DNA from: the human T2T-CHM13v2.0 reference genome, Homo sapiens
Assembly (NCBI RefSeq): GCF_009914755.1
Contig: NC_060947.1
Strand: one strand, 5' to 3'
DNA length: 64,000 nt
The notes under the pieces were generated by a model that was not told the origin of the DNA, made no database searches, and saw only the letters and a list, made by a program, of their open reading frames with translations. Shown here one piece after another: positions 34,109 through 47,300 of the stretch. Position 1 is the stretch's first letter; every line of letters starts with the position of its first letter. The translations under genes were made by a program, and so were the position numbers.

Positions 34109-37100
34109 TATTTTTTTAATTTTAAGTTCTGGGATACATATGCAGAACGTACAGGTTTGTTACATAGGTATACATGTGCCATGGTGGTTTGCTACACCCA
34201 TCAACCTGTCATCTAGGTTTTAAGCTCCGTATGCATTAGTTATTTGTCCTAATGCTCTCCCTCCCCTTGGCCCCCACCCCCTGACAGGCCCTGGTGTGTG
34301 ATGTTCAACTCCTTGTGTCCATTTGTTCTCTTTGTTCCACTCTCACTTATGAGTGAGAACAGGCAGTGTTTGATTTTCTGTCCCTGTGTTAGTTTGCTGA
34401 GAATGATGGTTTCCAGCTTCATCCATGTCCCTGCAAAGGACATGAACTCATTCTTTTTATGACTGTATAGTATTCCATGGTGTATATGTGACAAATTTTC
34501 TTTATCCAGTCTATCATCGATGGTCATTTGGGTTGATTCCAAGTCTTTGCTATTGTAAATAGTGCTGCAGTAAACATACATATGTATGTGTCTTTATAGT
34601 AGAATGATTTATAATTTATTGAGTAGGTACCCAGTAAAGAGATTGCTGGGTCAAATGGTATTTCTGGTTCTAGATCCTTAAGGAATCACCACACTGTCTA
34701 CCACAATGGTTAAACTAATTTACACTTTCACCAACAGAGTAAAAGCGTTCCTATTTCTCCAAATTTTCTCCAGCATCCATTGTTTCCTGACTTTGTAATG
34801 ATCGCCATTCTAATAGGCATGAGATGGTATCTAATTGTGGTTTTGATTTGCATTTCTCTAATGATCAGTAATGATGAGCTTTTTTCATACGTTTACTGGC
34901 CGCATAAATGCCTTCTTTTGAGAAGTGTCTGTTCATACCCTTCACCCACTTTTTGATGAGGTTGTCTTTTTCTTGTACATTTGTTGAAGTTCCTTGTAGA
35001 TTCTGGATAGTACACCATTGTCAGATGGATTGCAAAAATATTCTCCCATTCTGTAAGTTGCCAATTGACTCTGACGATAGTTTCTTTTGCTGTGCAGAAG
35101 CTCTTCAGTTTAATTAAATCCCATTTGTAAATTTTGGCTTTTGTTGCAATTGCTTTTGAAGTTTTAATCATGAAGTCTTTTCTCATGCCTATGTCCTGAA
35201 TGGTATTGCCTAGGTTTTCTTCCAGGGTTTTTATGGCTCTAGGTTTTATGTTTAAGTCTTTAATCCATCTTGAGTTCATTTTTGTATAATGTGTAAGGAA
35301 GGGGCCAGTTTCTGTTTCTGCATATGGCTAGCCAATTTTCCCAGCATCATTTATTAAATAGGTAACCCTTTCCCCATTGCTTGTTTTTGTCAGGTTTGTC
35401 AAATATCAAATGGTTGTAGATGTGTGGTGTTATTTCTGAGGCCTCTGCTCTGCTCCATTAGTCTTTATATCTAATTAGTGCCAGTACCATGCCTTTTTGG
35501 TTATTGTAGTCTGGTAGTATTGTTTGAAATCAGGTAGCATGATGCCTCCAGCTTTGTTAATTTTGCTTAGAATTGTCTTGGCTATACGGGCTCTTTTTTT
35601 GGTTCCATATGAAATTTAAAATAGTTTTTCTAATTGTGTGAAGAAAGTCAACAGTAGATTCATGGGAATAGCATTGAATCTATAAACTACTTTTGGTGGC
35701 ATGGCCATTTTCACATTATCCGTTCTTCCTATCCATGAGCGTGGAATGTTTTTTCATTTGTTTGTGTCCTCTCTTATTTCCTTGTGCAGTGGTTTGTAGT
35801 TTTCTTTGAACAGGTCCTTCACTTTTTTTATAAGTTGTATTCCTACGTACTTTATTCTCTTTGTAGCAATTGTGAATGGGAGCTCACTCGTGATTTGGCC
35901 CTCTGTTTGTCTAATATTGATGTATAGGAATGCTCGTGATTTTTGCACATTGGTTTTGTATCCTGAGACTTTGCTGAAGTTGCTTATCAGCTTAAGAAGT
36001 TTTTGGAGTGAGATGGTGGGTTTTCCTAAATATACAATCATGTCATTTGCAAACAGAGATAATTTGACTTCTCTCTTTCTATTTCAATATGCTTTATTTC
36101 TTTATCTTGCCTAATTGCCCTGGACAGTACTTCCAATACTATGTTGAACAGGAATGGTGAGAGAGGGCATCATTGTCTTGTGCCAGATTTCACAGGGAAT
36201 GCTTCCAGGTTTTGCCCACTCAGTATGATATTGGCTATGTGTTTGTCATAAATAGCTTCCATTTTCTGCTACCTTTTGAATTTGGTTGCTCTTGAATCTC
36301 TAGTTCTTTTCATTGTGTTGCTAGGTTGATGAATTTAGATTTTTCTAGCTTTCTGTTGAGAGCATGAAGTGCTACAATTTTCCTTCTTAACACTGCTTTA
36401 GCTGTGTCCCAGAGATTCTGGCATGTTGTCTCTTGGTTCTCATTGGTTTCAAAGAAGTTCTTTATTTCTGTTTTAATTTCGTTAGTTACTGAGTAGTCAT
36501 TCAGGAGCACGTTGTTCAATTTCCATGTAGTTGTGCAGTTTTGAGTGAGTTTCTTAATCTTGAGTTCTAATTTGATTGCACTGTGGTCTCAGAAACTGTT
36601 TGTTATGATTTCCGTTCTTTTGCATTTGCTGAGGAGCATTTTACTTCCAATTATGTGGTCAATTTTAGAATAAGTGTGATGTGGTGCTTAGAAGAATGTA
36701 TATTCTGTTGATTTGGGGTGGCAAGTTCTGTAGATCTCTATTAGGTCCGCTTGGTCCAGAGCTGAGTTAAAGACCTGAATATCTTTGCTAATTTTCTGTT
36801 TCGTTGATCTGTCTAATATTGACAGTAGAGTGTTACAGTCTCCAACAATTATTGTGTGGGAATCTAAATCTCTTTGTAGGTCTCCAAGAACTTTTTTTAT
36901 GAATCTGGGTGCTCCTGTATTGGGTGCATATATATGTAGAATAGTTAGCTCTTCTTATTGCATTGATTCTTTAACCATCATGTAATGCCCTTCTTTGTCT
37001 TCTTTTATCTTTGTTGGTTTAAAATCTGTTTTGTCAGAGATTAGGATTGCAACCCCTGCTTTTTTCTGCTTTCCATTTGCTCGGTAAATATTCTTCAATC

Positions 37101-37478
37101 CCTTTCTTTTGAGCCTATGTACGTGAGATTGGTCTCCTGAATACAGTACACCGATGGGTCTTGACTCTTTATCCAATTTGCCAGTCTGTATCTTTTAATT
37201 GGGGCATTTAGCTCATTTACATTTAAGGCTAATATTGTTATGCGTGAATTTTCTCCTGTCTTCATGATAATAACAGGTTATTTTGCATATTAGTTGATGT
37301 AGTCTCTTCATAGTGTCATTGGTCTTTTTATTTTGGTGTGTTTTTGCAGTTGCTGGCACTGGTTTTTTCTTTCCATATTTAGTGCTTCCTTCAGGAGCTC
37401 TTGTAAGGCAGGCCTGATGGTGACAAAATCCCTCAGCGTTTGATTGTCTGTAGAGGATTTTATTTCTCCTTCTCTTAT

Positions 37479-39053
37479 TGTGTCCGGAATTGGTGGGTTC
37501 TTGGTCTCACTGACTTCAAGTATGAAGCCGTGGACCGTCGCGGTGAGTGTTACAGTTCTTAAAGGCGGCATGTCTGGAGTTTGTTCCTTCTGATGTTCGG
37601 ATGCGTTCGGAGTTTCTTCCTTCTGGTGGGGTTCGTGGTCTCACCGGCTCAGGAGTGAAGCTGCAGACCTTCGCGGTGAGTGTTACAGCTCTTAAGGTGG
37701 TGCATCTGGAGCTGTTCTTTCCTCCCGGTGGGTTCGTGGTCTCACTGGCTTTAGGAGTGAAGTTGCAGACCTTCGCAGTGAGTGTTACAGCTCATAAAGG
37801 CAGTGTGGGCCCAAAGATTGAGTAGCAGCAAGATTTATTGCAAACAGAGAAAGAACAAAGCTTCCACAGTGTGGAAGGGGACCCGAGCAGGTTGCCACTG
37901 CTGGCTCGGGCAGCCTGCTTTTATTCTCTTATCTGGCCCCACCCACATCCTGCTGATTGGTAGAGCCGAGTGGTCTGTTTTGACAGGGTGCTGATTGGTG
38001 CATTTACAATCCCTGAGCTTGACACAAAGGTTCTCCACCTCCCCACCAGATTAGCTAGATACAGAGTGTCGACAAAAAGGTTCTCCAAGGCCCCACCAGA
38101 GTAGCTAGATACAGAGTGTCGATCGGTGCATTCACAAACCCTGAGCTAGTCACAGGGTGCTGATTGGTGTGTTTACAAACCTTGAGCTAGATACAGAGTG
38201 CCGATTGGTGTATTTACAATCCCTGAGCTAGACATAAGTGTTCTCCATGTCATCACCAGAGTAGCTAGATACAGAGTGTCAATTGGTGCTTTCACAAACC
38301 CTGAGCTAGACACAGGGTGCTGATTGGTGTGTTTACAAACCTTGAGCTAGATACAGAGTGCTGATTGGTGTATTTACAATCCCTGAGCTAGACATAAAGG
38401 TTCTCCATGTCCCCACCAGACTCAGGAGCCCAGCTGGCTTCACCCAGTGGATCCCGCACTGGGGCTGCAGGTGGAACTGCCTGCCAGTCTTGTGCCATGC
38501 ACCCGCACTCCTCAGACCTTGGGTTGTGGATGGGACTGGGTGCTGTGGAGCAGGGGGTGGTGCTCATCGGGGAGGCTCAGGCCACACAGGAGCCCACAGA
38601 GGGAGTGGGAGACTCAGGCATGGCAGGCTGCAGGTCCTGAGCCCTGCCCCGCGGGAAGGCAACTAAGGCCCGCCAAGAAATCGAGCGCAGTTCCAGTGGG
38701 CTGGCACTGCTGGGGGACCCAGTACACCCTCTGAAGCTGCTGGCCTGGGTGCTAAGCCCCTCATTGCCTGGGGCTGCTCTGAGTGTGGGGTCTGCCAAAC
38801 CCACACCCACCCAGAACTCCAGCTGGCCCACAAGCACCATGCGCAGCCCCAGTTCCCACTCGTGCCTCTCCCTTCACACCTCCCTGCAAGCTGAGGGAGC
38901 TGGCTCTGGCCTTGGCCAGCCCAGAAAGGGGCTCCCACACTGCAGTGGTGGGCTGAAGGGCTCCTCAAGTGCCACCAAAGTGGGAGCCCAGGCAGAGGAG
39001 GCACCAAGAGTGAGTGAGGGCTATGAGGACTGCCAGCACGCTGTCACCTCTCA
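37479..39053 (-). mobile_element. Solo LTR12C-type (HERV9/ERV9) LTR, 1575 bp
   Basis: Minus strand begins TGAGAGGTGACAGCGTGCTGGCAG and ends CCAATTCCGGACACA; 4-bp TSD ttat at 37475-37478 and 39054-39057; U5 and U3 tandem subrepeats present. Confidence 0.96.
37919..38420 (-). promoter_or_regulatory. LTR12 U3 enhancer/promoter: tandem CCAAT (NF-Y) and GATA-containing repeats plus AATAAAA TATA-like box
   Basis: Seven attgg copies between ~37955 and 38370; repeated agctagatacagagtg; ttttatt at 37919-37925. Confidence 0.8.
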
Positions 39054-42000
39054 TTATGAAGCTTAGTTTGGCTGGATATGAAATCTTGGTTGAAAATTCT
39101 TTTCCTTAAGAATGTTGAATATTGGCTCCCACTCTCTTCTAGCTTGTAGGGTTTCTGCAGAGAGATCTGCTGTTAGTCTGTTGCGCTTCCCTTTGTAGAT
39201 AATCTGACCTTTCTCTCTGGCTGCCCTTAACATTTTTTCCTTTGTTTTAACCTTGGAGAATCTGACTATTATGTGTCTTGGGGTTGCTATTCTTGAAAAG
39301 TATCTTAATGGTGTTCTCTGTATTTCCTGAATTTGACTGTTTGCCTGTCTTGCTAAGTTGGGGAACTTCTGTTGGATAATATCCTGAAGTATATTTTCCA
39401 ACTTGGTTTCATTCTCCCCGTCACTTTCAGGTACACCAATCAATTGTTAGTTTGGTCTTTTCACACCATCTCATATTTCTTGAAGGCTTTGTTCATTCCA
39501 TTTCATTCTTTTTTCTCTAATCTTGTCTTCACACTTTAAATTGTTAAGTTGATCTTCAATCTCTGATATCCTTTCTTCCACTTGATTGATTCAGCTATTG
39601 ATATTTGTGTATGCTTCATGAAGTTCTCATGCTGTGTTTTTCAGCTCCATCAGGTCATTTATGTTCTTCTCTAAACTGGTTATTCTAGCTAGCAGTTCCT
39701 ACAGGAAACTTTTTCTCAAAAAGGTTACAAGAACCTTTTTATCAAGGTTCTTACCTTCCTTGAATTGTGTTAAAACATGCTACTTTAGCTCAGAGGAGTT
39801 TGTTATTACCCACCTTCTGAAGCCTACTTCTGTCAATTCATCAAACTCATTCTCCATCCAGTTTTGTGTCCTTGCTGGAGAGGAGTTGCAATCATTTGAA
39901 GGAGAAGAGGCATTCTGGTTTGGGGAATTTTCAGCATTTTTGTGCTGGTTTTTCCTCAGCTTCATGAGTTTATCTACCTTTGATCTTTGATGCTAATGTT
40001 CCTTGGATGGGGTTTTTGTATGGGGGTCCTTTTTGTTGATGTTGATGTTATTGCTTTCTGTTTGTTAGTTTTCCTTCTAACAGTCAGGCCCCTATTCTGC
40101 TGGAGTTTGCTGGAGGTCCACTCCAGACCCTGTTTGCTTGGCTATCACCAGCAGGGGCTGCAGAACAGCAAAGATTACTGCCTCCTCTTTCTTCTAGAAG
40201 CTTCCTCCCAGAGAAGCGCCTGCCCAATGCCAGCCAGAGCTCTTCTGTATGAGGTGTCTGTCAACTCTTGCTGGGAGATGTCTTCCAGTCAGGAGGCACA
40301 GGGGTCAGAGATCCACTTGAGGAGGGAGTATGTCCCTTAGCAGAGGTCATGCGTTGCACTGAGAGATCCACTGTTCTCCTCAGAGCCCGCAGGCAGGAAT
40401 GTTTAAGTCTGCTGAAGCTGTACCCACAGCCGCACCTTCCCCTAGTTACTCTGTCCCAGGGAGATGGGAGTTTTATCTATAAGCCCCTGACTGGGGCTGT
40501 TGCCTTTCTTTCAGAGATGCCTTGCCCAGTGAGGAGGACTCTAGAGAGGCAGTCTGTCCATGGCCCCTTTGCTGCACTGTGGTGAGATCCACCTGGTCCG
40601 AACTTCCCAGCCTTCTTAACACTGTTGGGGGATAATCGCCTACTCAAGCCTCAGTAATGGTGGACGCCCCTCCCTCCACTAAGAGTGATTACCCCAGGTC
40701 AAGTTCAGACTGCTGTGCTGGCAGAGAGAATTTCAAGTCAGTGGTTCTTAGCTTGCTAGGCTCTGTGGGAGTGGGACCTCCTGAGCAAGACCACTTGGCT
40801 CCCTGGTTTCAGCCCCCTTTCCAGGGGAGTGAATGGTTCTGTCTCACTGGGGTTCCAAGTGCCACTGGGGGAAAAACAAAACAAAAAAAACTCCTGCAGC
40901 TAGCTCAGTGTCTGCCCAAACAGTCACCCAGTTTTGTGCTTGAAACCCAGGGCCCTGGTGGTGTAGGCACATGAGGGGATCTTCTGGTCTGTGGGTTGCA
41001 AAAACCATGGGAAAAGTATAGTATCTCAACCAGACAGCACAGTCCCTCACACTTCCCTTGGCTTGGGGAGTGAGGTCCATGGACCCTTGAATTTCCCAGG
41101 TGAAATAATGCCCCACCCTACTTCTGCTTACCCTGTGTGGACTGCACCCACTACCTAACCAGTTCCAATGAGATGAACCAGGTACCTCAGTTGGAGATAC
41201 AGAAATCACCTCCTTCTGCATTGGTCTCGCTGGGAGATGCAGACTGGAGTTGTCCTATTCGGCCTTCTTGCCAGATCTCCCTTAAATTTCATACGGAATC
41301 TAAGAAGTCCCCATAGAGCCAAGACAATCCTAAGAAGAACAAAAAAACAAAGCTGGAGGCATCACACTACCTGACTTCAAACTATACTATAAGTCTACAG
41401 TAACCAAAACAGCATGGTACTGGTACCAAAACAGACATATAGACCAATGGAACAGAACAGAGATCCCAGAAATAACACCACACTTCTAAAGCCATCTGAT
41501 CTTTGACAAACATGACAAAAACAAGCAATGAGGAAAGAATCTCCTATTCAGTAAATGGTGCTGGGAAAACTGGCTAGCCATATTCAGAAAACAGAAACTG
41601 GACCCCTTCCTTACACCTTATAGAAAAATTAACTCAAGATGAATTAAAGACTTAAATGTAAAACCCAAAACCATAAAAACCCTAGAAGAAAATCTAGGCA
41701 ATACCATACAGGGCATGCCAAAAGCAATGGCAACAAAAGTCAAAATTGAAAAATGGGACAAATGGGATCTAATTAAAGAGCTTCTGCACAGCAAAGGAAA
41801 CTAGCATCACAGCCGAAAAACATGAACAAAAAAGCTTAACATCACTGATCATCAGAGAAATGCAAATCAAAATCACAATGATATACCATCTCAGCTAGTT
41901 AGAATGGCGATTATTAAAAAGTTAGGAAACGAGATGCTGGCGAGGCTGTGGAGAAAAAGGAACACTTTTACACTGTTGGTGGGAATGTAAATTAGTTCAA

Positions 42001-44707
42001 CTATTGTGGAAGACAGTGGGGCAATTCCTCAAGGATCTAGAACCAGAAATATTATTTGACCCAGCAATCCCATTACTGGGCATATACCCAAAGGAATGTA
42101 AATCATTCTACTATAAAGACACATAGACATGTATGTATATTGCAGCACTATTTACAATAGCAAAGACATGGAACCAACCCAAATGCACATCAATGTTAGA
42201 ATGGATAAAGAAAATGTGGTACATACACACCATGGAATACTATGCAGCCATAAAAAAGAATGAGATCATGCCCTTTGCAGGAACATGGATCTTGCTGGAA
42301 GCCATCATCCTTAGCAAACTAACACAGGAAAAGAAAACCAAATAATGCATGTTCTCACTCATAAATGGGAGTTGAACATGGAGGACACATGGTCACAGAG
42401 AGGGGAATAACACACACCAAGGCCTGTTAGGAGGTGGGGGGCGAGGGGAGGGATCTTAGAGGATGGGTCAATAGGTGCAGCAAACCACCGTGGCATACAT
42501 ATACCTATTTAATAAACCTGCACATTCTGCATATGTATCCCAATTTTTAGAAGAATTTTTTTTTAAAAATTACTTTCTCTGGTTATGACTGAAGAAGTGT
42601 CCTACAAAGTGGACATATGTGTGTGCACTCATCCACAAGCTTTTTGCCTCAAAGCTCAGAGATCTACTGAGAACCATGAGTAAGAAGTGATTGGGGGCCT
42701 AGAGACCTTGGGGAGGGAGACTTTGTCAGAAGTGAAATTTTCTTATAGATAGAAAGCAGCAGGGAGACACCAGAAGCTTCACAACTTGGATGGCTTATTT
42801 GAAGGCCCCATTCTGTCCTCACTCTCTTCTTGTTTTCTCTCTGTCCATGTATGTTTTCTGGAAAGTTGACATTCCAAACCTAATCCCATGTGCAGCCAGG
42901 CTGGCAAGTAAAGCTGAGTTGCCAATTACTTTGCTTTTTTTGGACTCCACTTTCCCTGAGTGGCAATGAAAATAATAATCCTACAGCCTTTCCTGACAAG
43001 TTCTGCAGGTAAGAGCTTGTTTTAGGTATAATCCTTCATGGGAGCTAAGGGCAGAGGAAAGAAGAATGGGGTCAATTAAATAACCTCTAGAGCATCTTTC
43101 TGATTATGTGACTCAGTCATCTGTGGGCTTTTGCCATTGCTGTCAATTAAGGTTGACACCAAGGCCAAGCAGACTTTATGAGCTAGGACATAGCTGGATC
43201 ACCCTTAGGACTAAGAAGAGGAGAAGACATCATTCCAGATCCTACCAGAGCCCTCTACTTCTCCCTTTTGTTGTCATGTCATCTGTTTAGAAGAGAAGCC
43301 TGAGACAATTTTATGTGGGGGGCGGGGGTCAGGGGAAGGGTGTACGTGCATGCGTGCGTGTGTTCCAACTTTCCAAGCAAGGGATCTCTTCTAACCTAGC
43401 CTAAGTTGGAATAGTGCTACAGGTCCAGGACCTTAGCCTTAGAGAGCAGAGCTATTCTTCCTGTCTCTTACTTCCCACTATGTAGCACTCAATGTTTGAT
43501 ATTGGTACTGGAGACCATGTGACTTTATCTTCCTTAAATATGGTATTAATTTTCACCCAGAAAAATAAAGCGATTAATGGAAATCGGGCACTTAAGATAA
43601 TAAAAGGGAGTGTTTTGCCTTAGGGCAAAGCATAAGGATTTAATTTTCCCAGAATTCTCAATCTGATTCTGAGGCCAGCAACAACTAGTTTTGGGGCAGT
43701 ACAAATACATAAGATGAAATCCCCAACCAGGGACCTGGAGCCAGAAGAACCCACAAGGGCTTCAAATGGCCCAGGTGTTGGAGGCCTTTTTAACAATGTG
43801 GCTGTAATCTACACAGTAACCAGACCAAGCAAGCCTGCTTTAGCAGATAACCTCAAAAGTGCAAAGATAATATTGAGATGTGGAGGAATATCAAGGGAGG
43901 CTCCACAAGAAGGATGGAGTTTTGTTTTTTTGATCTATTCCTTACTTAGGGCAGGGGAAGAACAGCTGTTTACAAGGGTGGATGGATGTGAGGGACACTA
44001 TGAAGGCTTCCACCTGAACATCAGCCTCTTTGAGACTAGACATTTCACTGTTAATGTTAACAATCCATTTCTTTGGTTTAAGGTGTGTGAATTCCCAGGG
44101 CTGTCCCTGGAAAAAGAAGTATATTCAACCCTTGACAATAAATCATAAGGAAGGTAGAGGAGAACCAATAGAGGGAGGTTTGCCTTTGGAATGTGAAATA
44201 GTTCCTTCAAGTGAACCAGAGATTATAGAGCAGGAGGTGACCTTAGAGATTTTTTAATTCACCTTGAAACTTAACTATAATAAACGGTTCCCTCAGACAA
44301 ACAGAAATGAGAGGAAGAGTTTGAGCTGGGAATAGAGAGAGGCTCTGGACTGTGTGGGAAAGTTGAACCAGGAAAATAATTTCACTGTTAGGAGGACTGG
44401 CACATGACCTTGAAGGGAAGATGCAAGATGGTATTGGCAAAGTGAAGGAGCACAGGCAAAACTAAGCCAGTGCATGTAGCATAAGTGTGTCTAATATTAA
44501 AACAGAATTTGCAATGAATTCCAAGGGTACAGAAAATTCTTTTGAAAGGCCAGACTTCTACTTGATGGTTTTCTTTGCTTTAAGTCGCTCGGGCTAATTG
44601 GAATGGAATGTTTCAGTTAAGCAAACACTCACTAGAATTCAAACCTGGTTATAACCTCCATTCAAATAAAAATAGATAGAAATGGCTGCAAAAGTCTCTC
44701 TGTTTCT

Positions 44708-44837
44708 CTATTTGGAATATAAAGTATAGAATGTACACTATTGAGGTTTGTTATGGACATATTCACGATGTTATACTATTTGGAATATAAAATTGAGAAT
44801 GTACACTTTTGAGGTTTGTTATGGGCTTATTTGGAAT
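44708..44837. repeat. Diverged 49-bp direct repeat (period 68) with partial third copy
   Basis: ctatttggaatataaa...gaatgtacact.ttgaggtttgttatgg at 44708-44756 and 44776-44824; tatttggaat again at 44828. Confidence 0.9.
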
Positions 44838-45464
44838 GTTACAGGATGCAATATGACTTCCCAGAAAACATGGCAAAAATTGCAGCAGCAAGCTTCGCTC
44901 CTGCTAAGTTTCTTTCCTCTATCCAAAGTCCTGTCATAAGTATAGGAGTGAGACAGGGGAAAATGGGAAGATGAGGAAATGGAGTTTTCAAAAGATTATT
45001 TGGAAATTTATTCTTTTTTAACATTTGTTTGGAGGTTTTTGTTTTGTTTTAGATTTTGAAAGGGAAATGCATGCACATGGTAAACAATTCTAACATATTC
45101 AAAAGGCTATATACAGTTTGAAAGTCAGTTAACTTTGCTAGAAGAAAACACTGTTAAAAGTTCCTTGTGTTACTTTGTGATACCAGAGATAATCTAATCT
45201 ACATTTAGAAACACACACACACCATAATTATAATTTTGGATCTTATAAAACCTTTGTGAAGGCTTCTCTGTCTGTCAGGTTTACTTCAGAACAACACCAG
45301 ATTCCCGTGGCATGGTCTTTACCATGTGACCAAAATCATCTTCAAAGATTCAGCCAGGCCACTGGCCTCTACCTCTATGTTACATACTCAGAAGCCAAGC
45401 CATAGTAGGTAGGGGTAAGTAGGAGGGGATCCTGGGAATTGTAACAAAGTATCGTTCTCTTAGG

Positions 45465-45580
45465 AAAATTAGGATATTAGTACCTACCTCACAGGATTAT
45501 TTTAAGCACTGAAAGAAATAATATGAATAAAGTGCTTAAAACAGTGCCTGGCATAGAGTAAGTGCTACATAAGTTTCAGC
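45465..45580 (+). mobile_element. MIR 3' fragment
   Basis: tagtacctacctcacaggattatt...aaagtgcttaaaacagtgcctggcatagagtaagtgct. Confidence 0.78.
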
Positions 45581-46299
45581 TGTTGTCATCATCACTATTA
45601 TTGTTGCTATTGTGAAAGAGGACAGCTTAGGGCTTCCTGAAGCTATTCCCTATTTTCTCTGGGTTTTCTTCACAGGTACCTCCAAAGATGGGAGTTGCTG
45701 TCACTACTCTTCTTCTAGAATATTTTCCCCACCAAGATCTAAACTGTGGAGCCAGTTGGTAGCCAAAATTGTACCTCAAAAGCTCTCCTAGACACATGGA
45801 AAACTTGGCTTCTCTGCCTGATGTTCATCTCAAAGCATCAGTGATAAACTGTTTCATATGTTATTACTCACTACTATTCTTGTAAAGACCATGGAAATAC
45901 ATGGACAGACCGCCAGCTCACCACACTTTCTGCAGAATTACTCAGCCCAGACGTGTTGTTTTCATCTCCTTTGTGTGATTCAGTTCCTCTTCATTCCTAC
46001 ACCTCTCACCACTTCTGAGGAGTTACATGTTTCCAGCTAGCCGCAGACATTGAACTGCCTTATCTTGCTGGCTACATCTGCATGCAGCTGGTACCACTAG
46101 GACAGGCTGAACTACACATTCACAGATTAAACTCCCTAAGCAGCCTGAGTCTGCCATCTCATTCCCTTTGAAGCTCTTAGAGAAGGGGAAGCCAAGTTCA
46201 CAGATATGCAGCACACCTTCTCTCACCTGTCTCTTTATTTGGGAGGGTGGGTGAATGACAACTAAGACAACTAGCATTTCCCTACCAAAGAGTCTCATC

Positions 46300-47300
46300 A
46301 CTGACATCTCTTTACTTCCTGGTTTCTCACAAACATAAATTGAACATTCGACTTCTGGTACAAATCTTTGTACCATCACAGAGGGGCTTCCATGGGGATT
46401 AACCATAAAGCCTCACTTGCTTGACTCAATTCCAGTGACTTTTTCTACACTTCATTTATCCACATCCATGGCCCATGCAGGGTCTTTTCATCATCCAGAA
46501 CAGCTCTACTTCTGAAATCTTAAATTCGTATACCCTACTCTTCAGCTACTTTTATTTTCCAGTGAGGGCTTTTACTTCCTTGCCCATACTACTCCTATTC
46601 TATGGGCTCCTGGTTTCTGTCAGTTTATCAGTCCATCCTAATTATTTTTCCTGACTTGCCTAGGCTCTATAATCTATTATTGCAACCATTTTCTTTTCTC
46701 TAGTTTTAACCACATTTTGACCTGGTACCACCTGAAAATTTATGGTTTCCTTCTTCAGGAGAGTTATTGGCACCACATGATAACTTCTTCAGGAGTTCCT
46801 GGCCAACTTTCTCTTCCATCTCTTCCTATATATTCAGACATCTCTTTTCATCAATCACTGTCCTAACTTCGAATCTTCACTCCTTCCCTCTCCAATGGTT
46901 CTTTGTCCTCTGCACAACAATATGCTGAAACCTCCCATCATTTAAGAAACAGTCCCTCCACCTTATCTCTTTCTCTGTTTGTTGCCCTGTCTCTCCTTTT
47001 CTTTCTAACCAAGCTTTTTAAAAGCAGTTTAAGAACAGTTTAAAAACTTTTAAAGAACCATTTACATTCACCATCTTCACTTACTCTTTTCCTTTTCACC
47101 CCTCAACACACTGAAATCTGGTTCTGTTTCTGGGGTAGATCCTCTCCTACCCGTTTGTACCTTTGTCAAAATATTAATCACTCTACTGTAACCACCACTA
47201 GGCCTAAGTACCTCAAAATGTAGGATGTTGAATAACTTATCTATGTAGTCCCAGAGCCTAGCACAGTGCTTGATTGATAGGAGGTCCTCAATAAACAAAT
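46300..47300 (+). mobile_element. L2 LINE remnant
   Basis: CT-rich degenerate body ending in the L2 tail cccagagcctagcacagtgcttg...ctcaataaac. Confidence 0.55.

Larger units (their letters stand above)
34109..41281 (-). mobile_element. Nested antisense LINE-1 (L1PA7-like) with both ends, an internal ORF2 deletion and an LTR12 insertion
   Basis: 3' end ttaagttctgggatacat...ggttttaagctccgtatgcattag; 5' end reverse complement gggagatctggcaagaaggccgaatagg; 9-bp TSD ttaaatttc at 34100-34108 and 41282-41290. Confidence 0.93.

Noticed and set aside
37547-39066. Many 70-115 aa ORFs on both strands
   Set aside because: All lie inside the GC-rich LTR12C solo LTR, and no gag/pol/env sequence is present.
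43109-43119. AP-1 site TGACTCA within TGACTCAGTCA
   Set aside because: A single 7-mer is expected by chance in 64 kb; there is no supporting cluster.
43714-44148. 144-aa ORF
   Set aside because: No recognisable domain, splice structure or family; length is compatible with chance.
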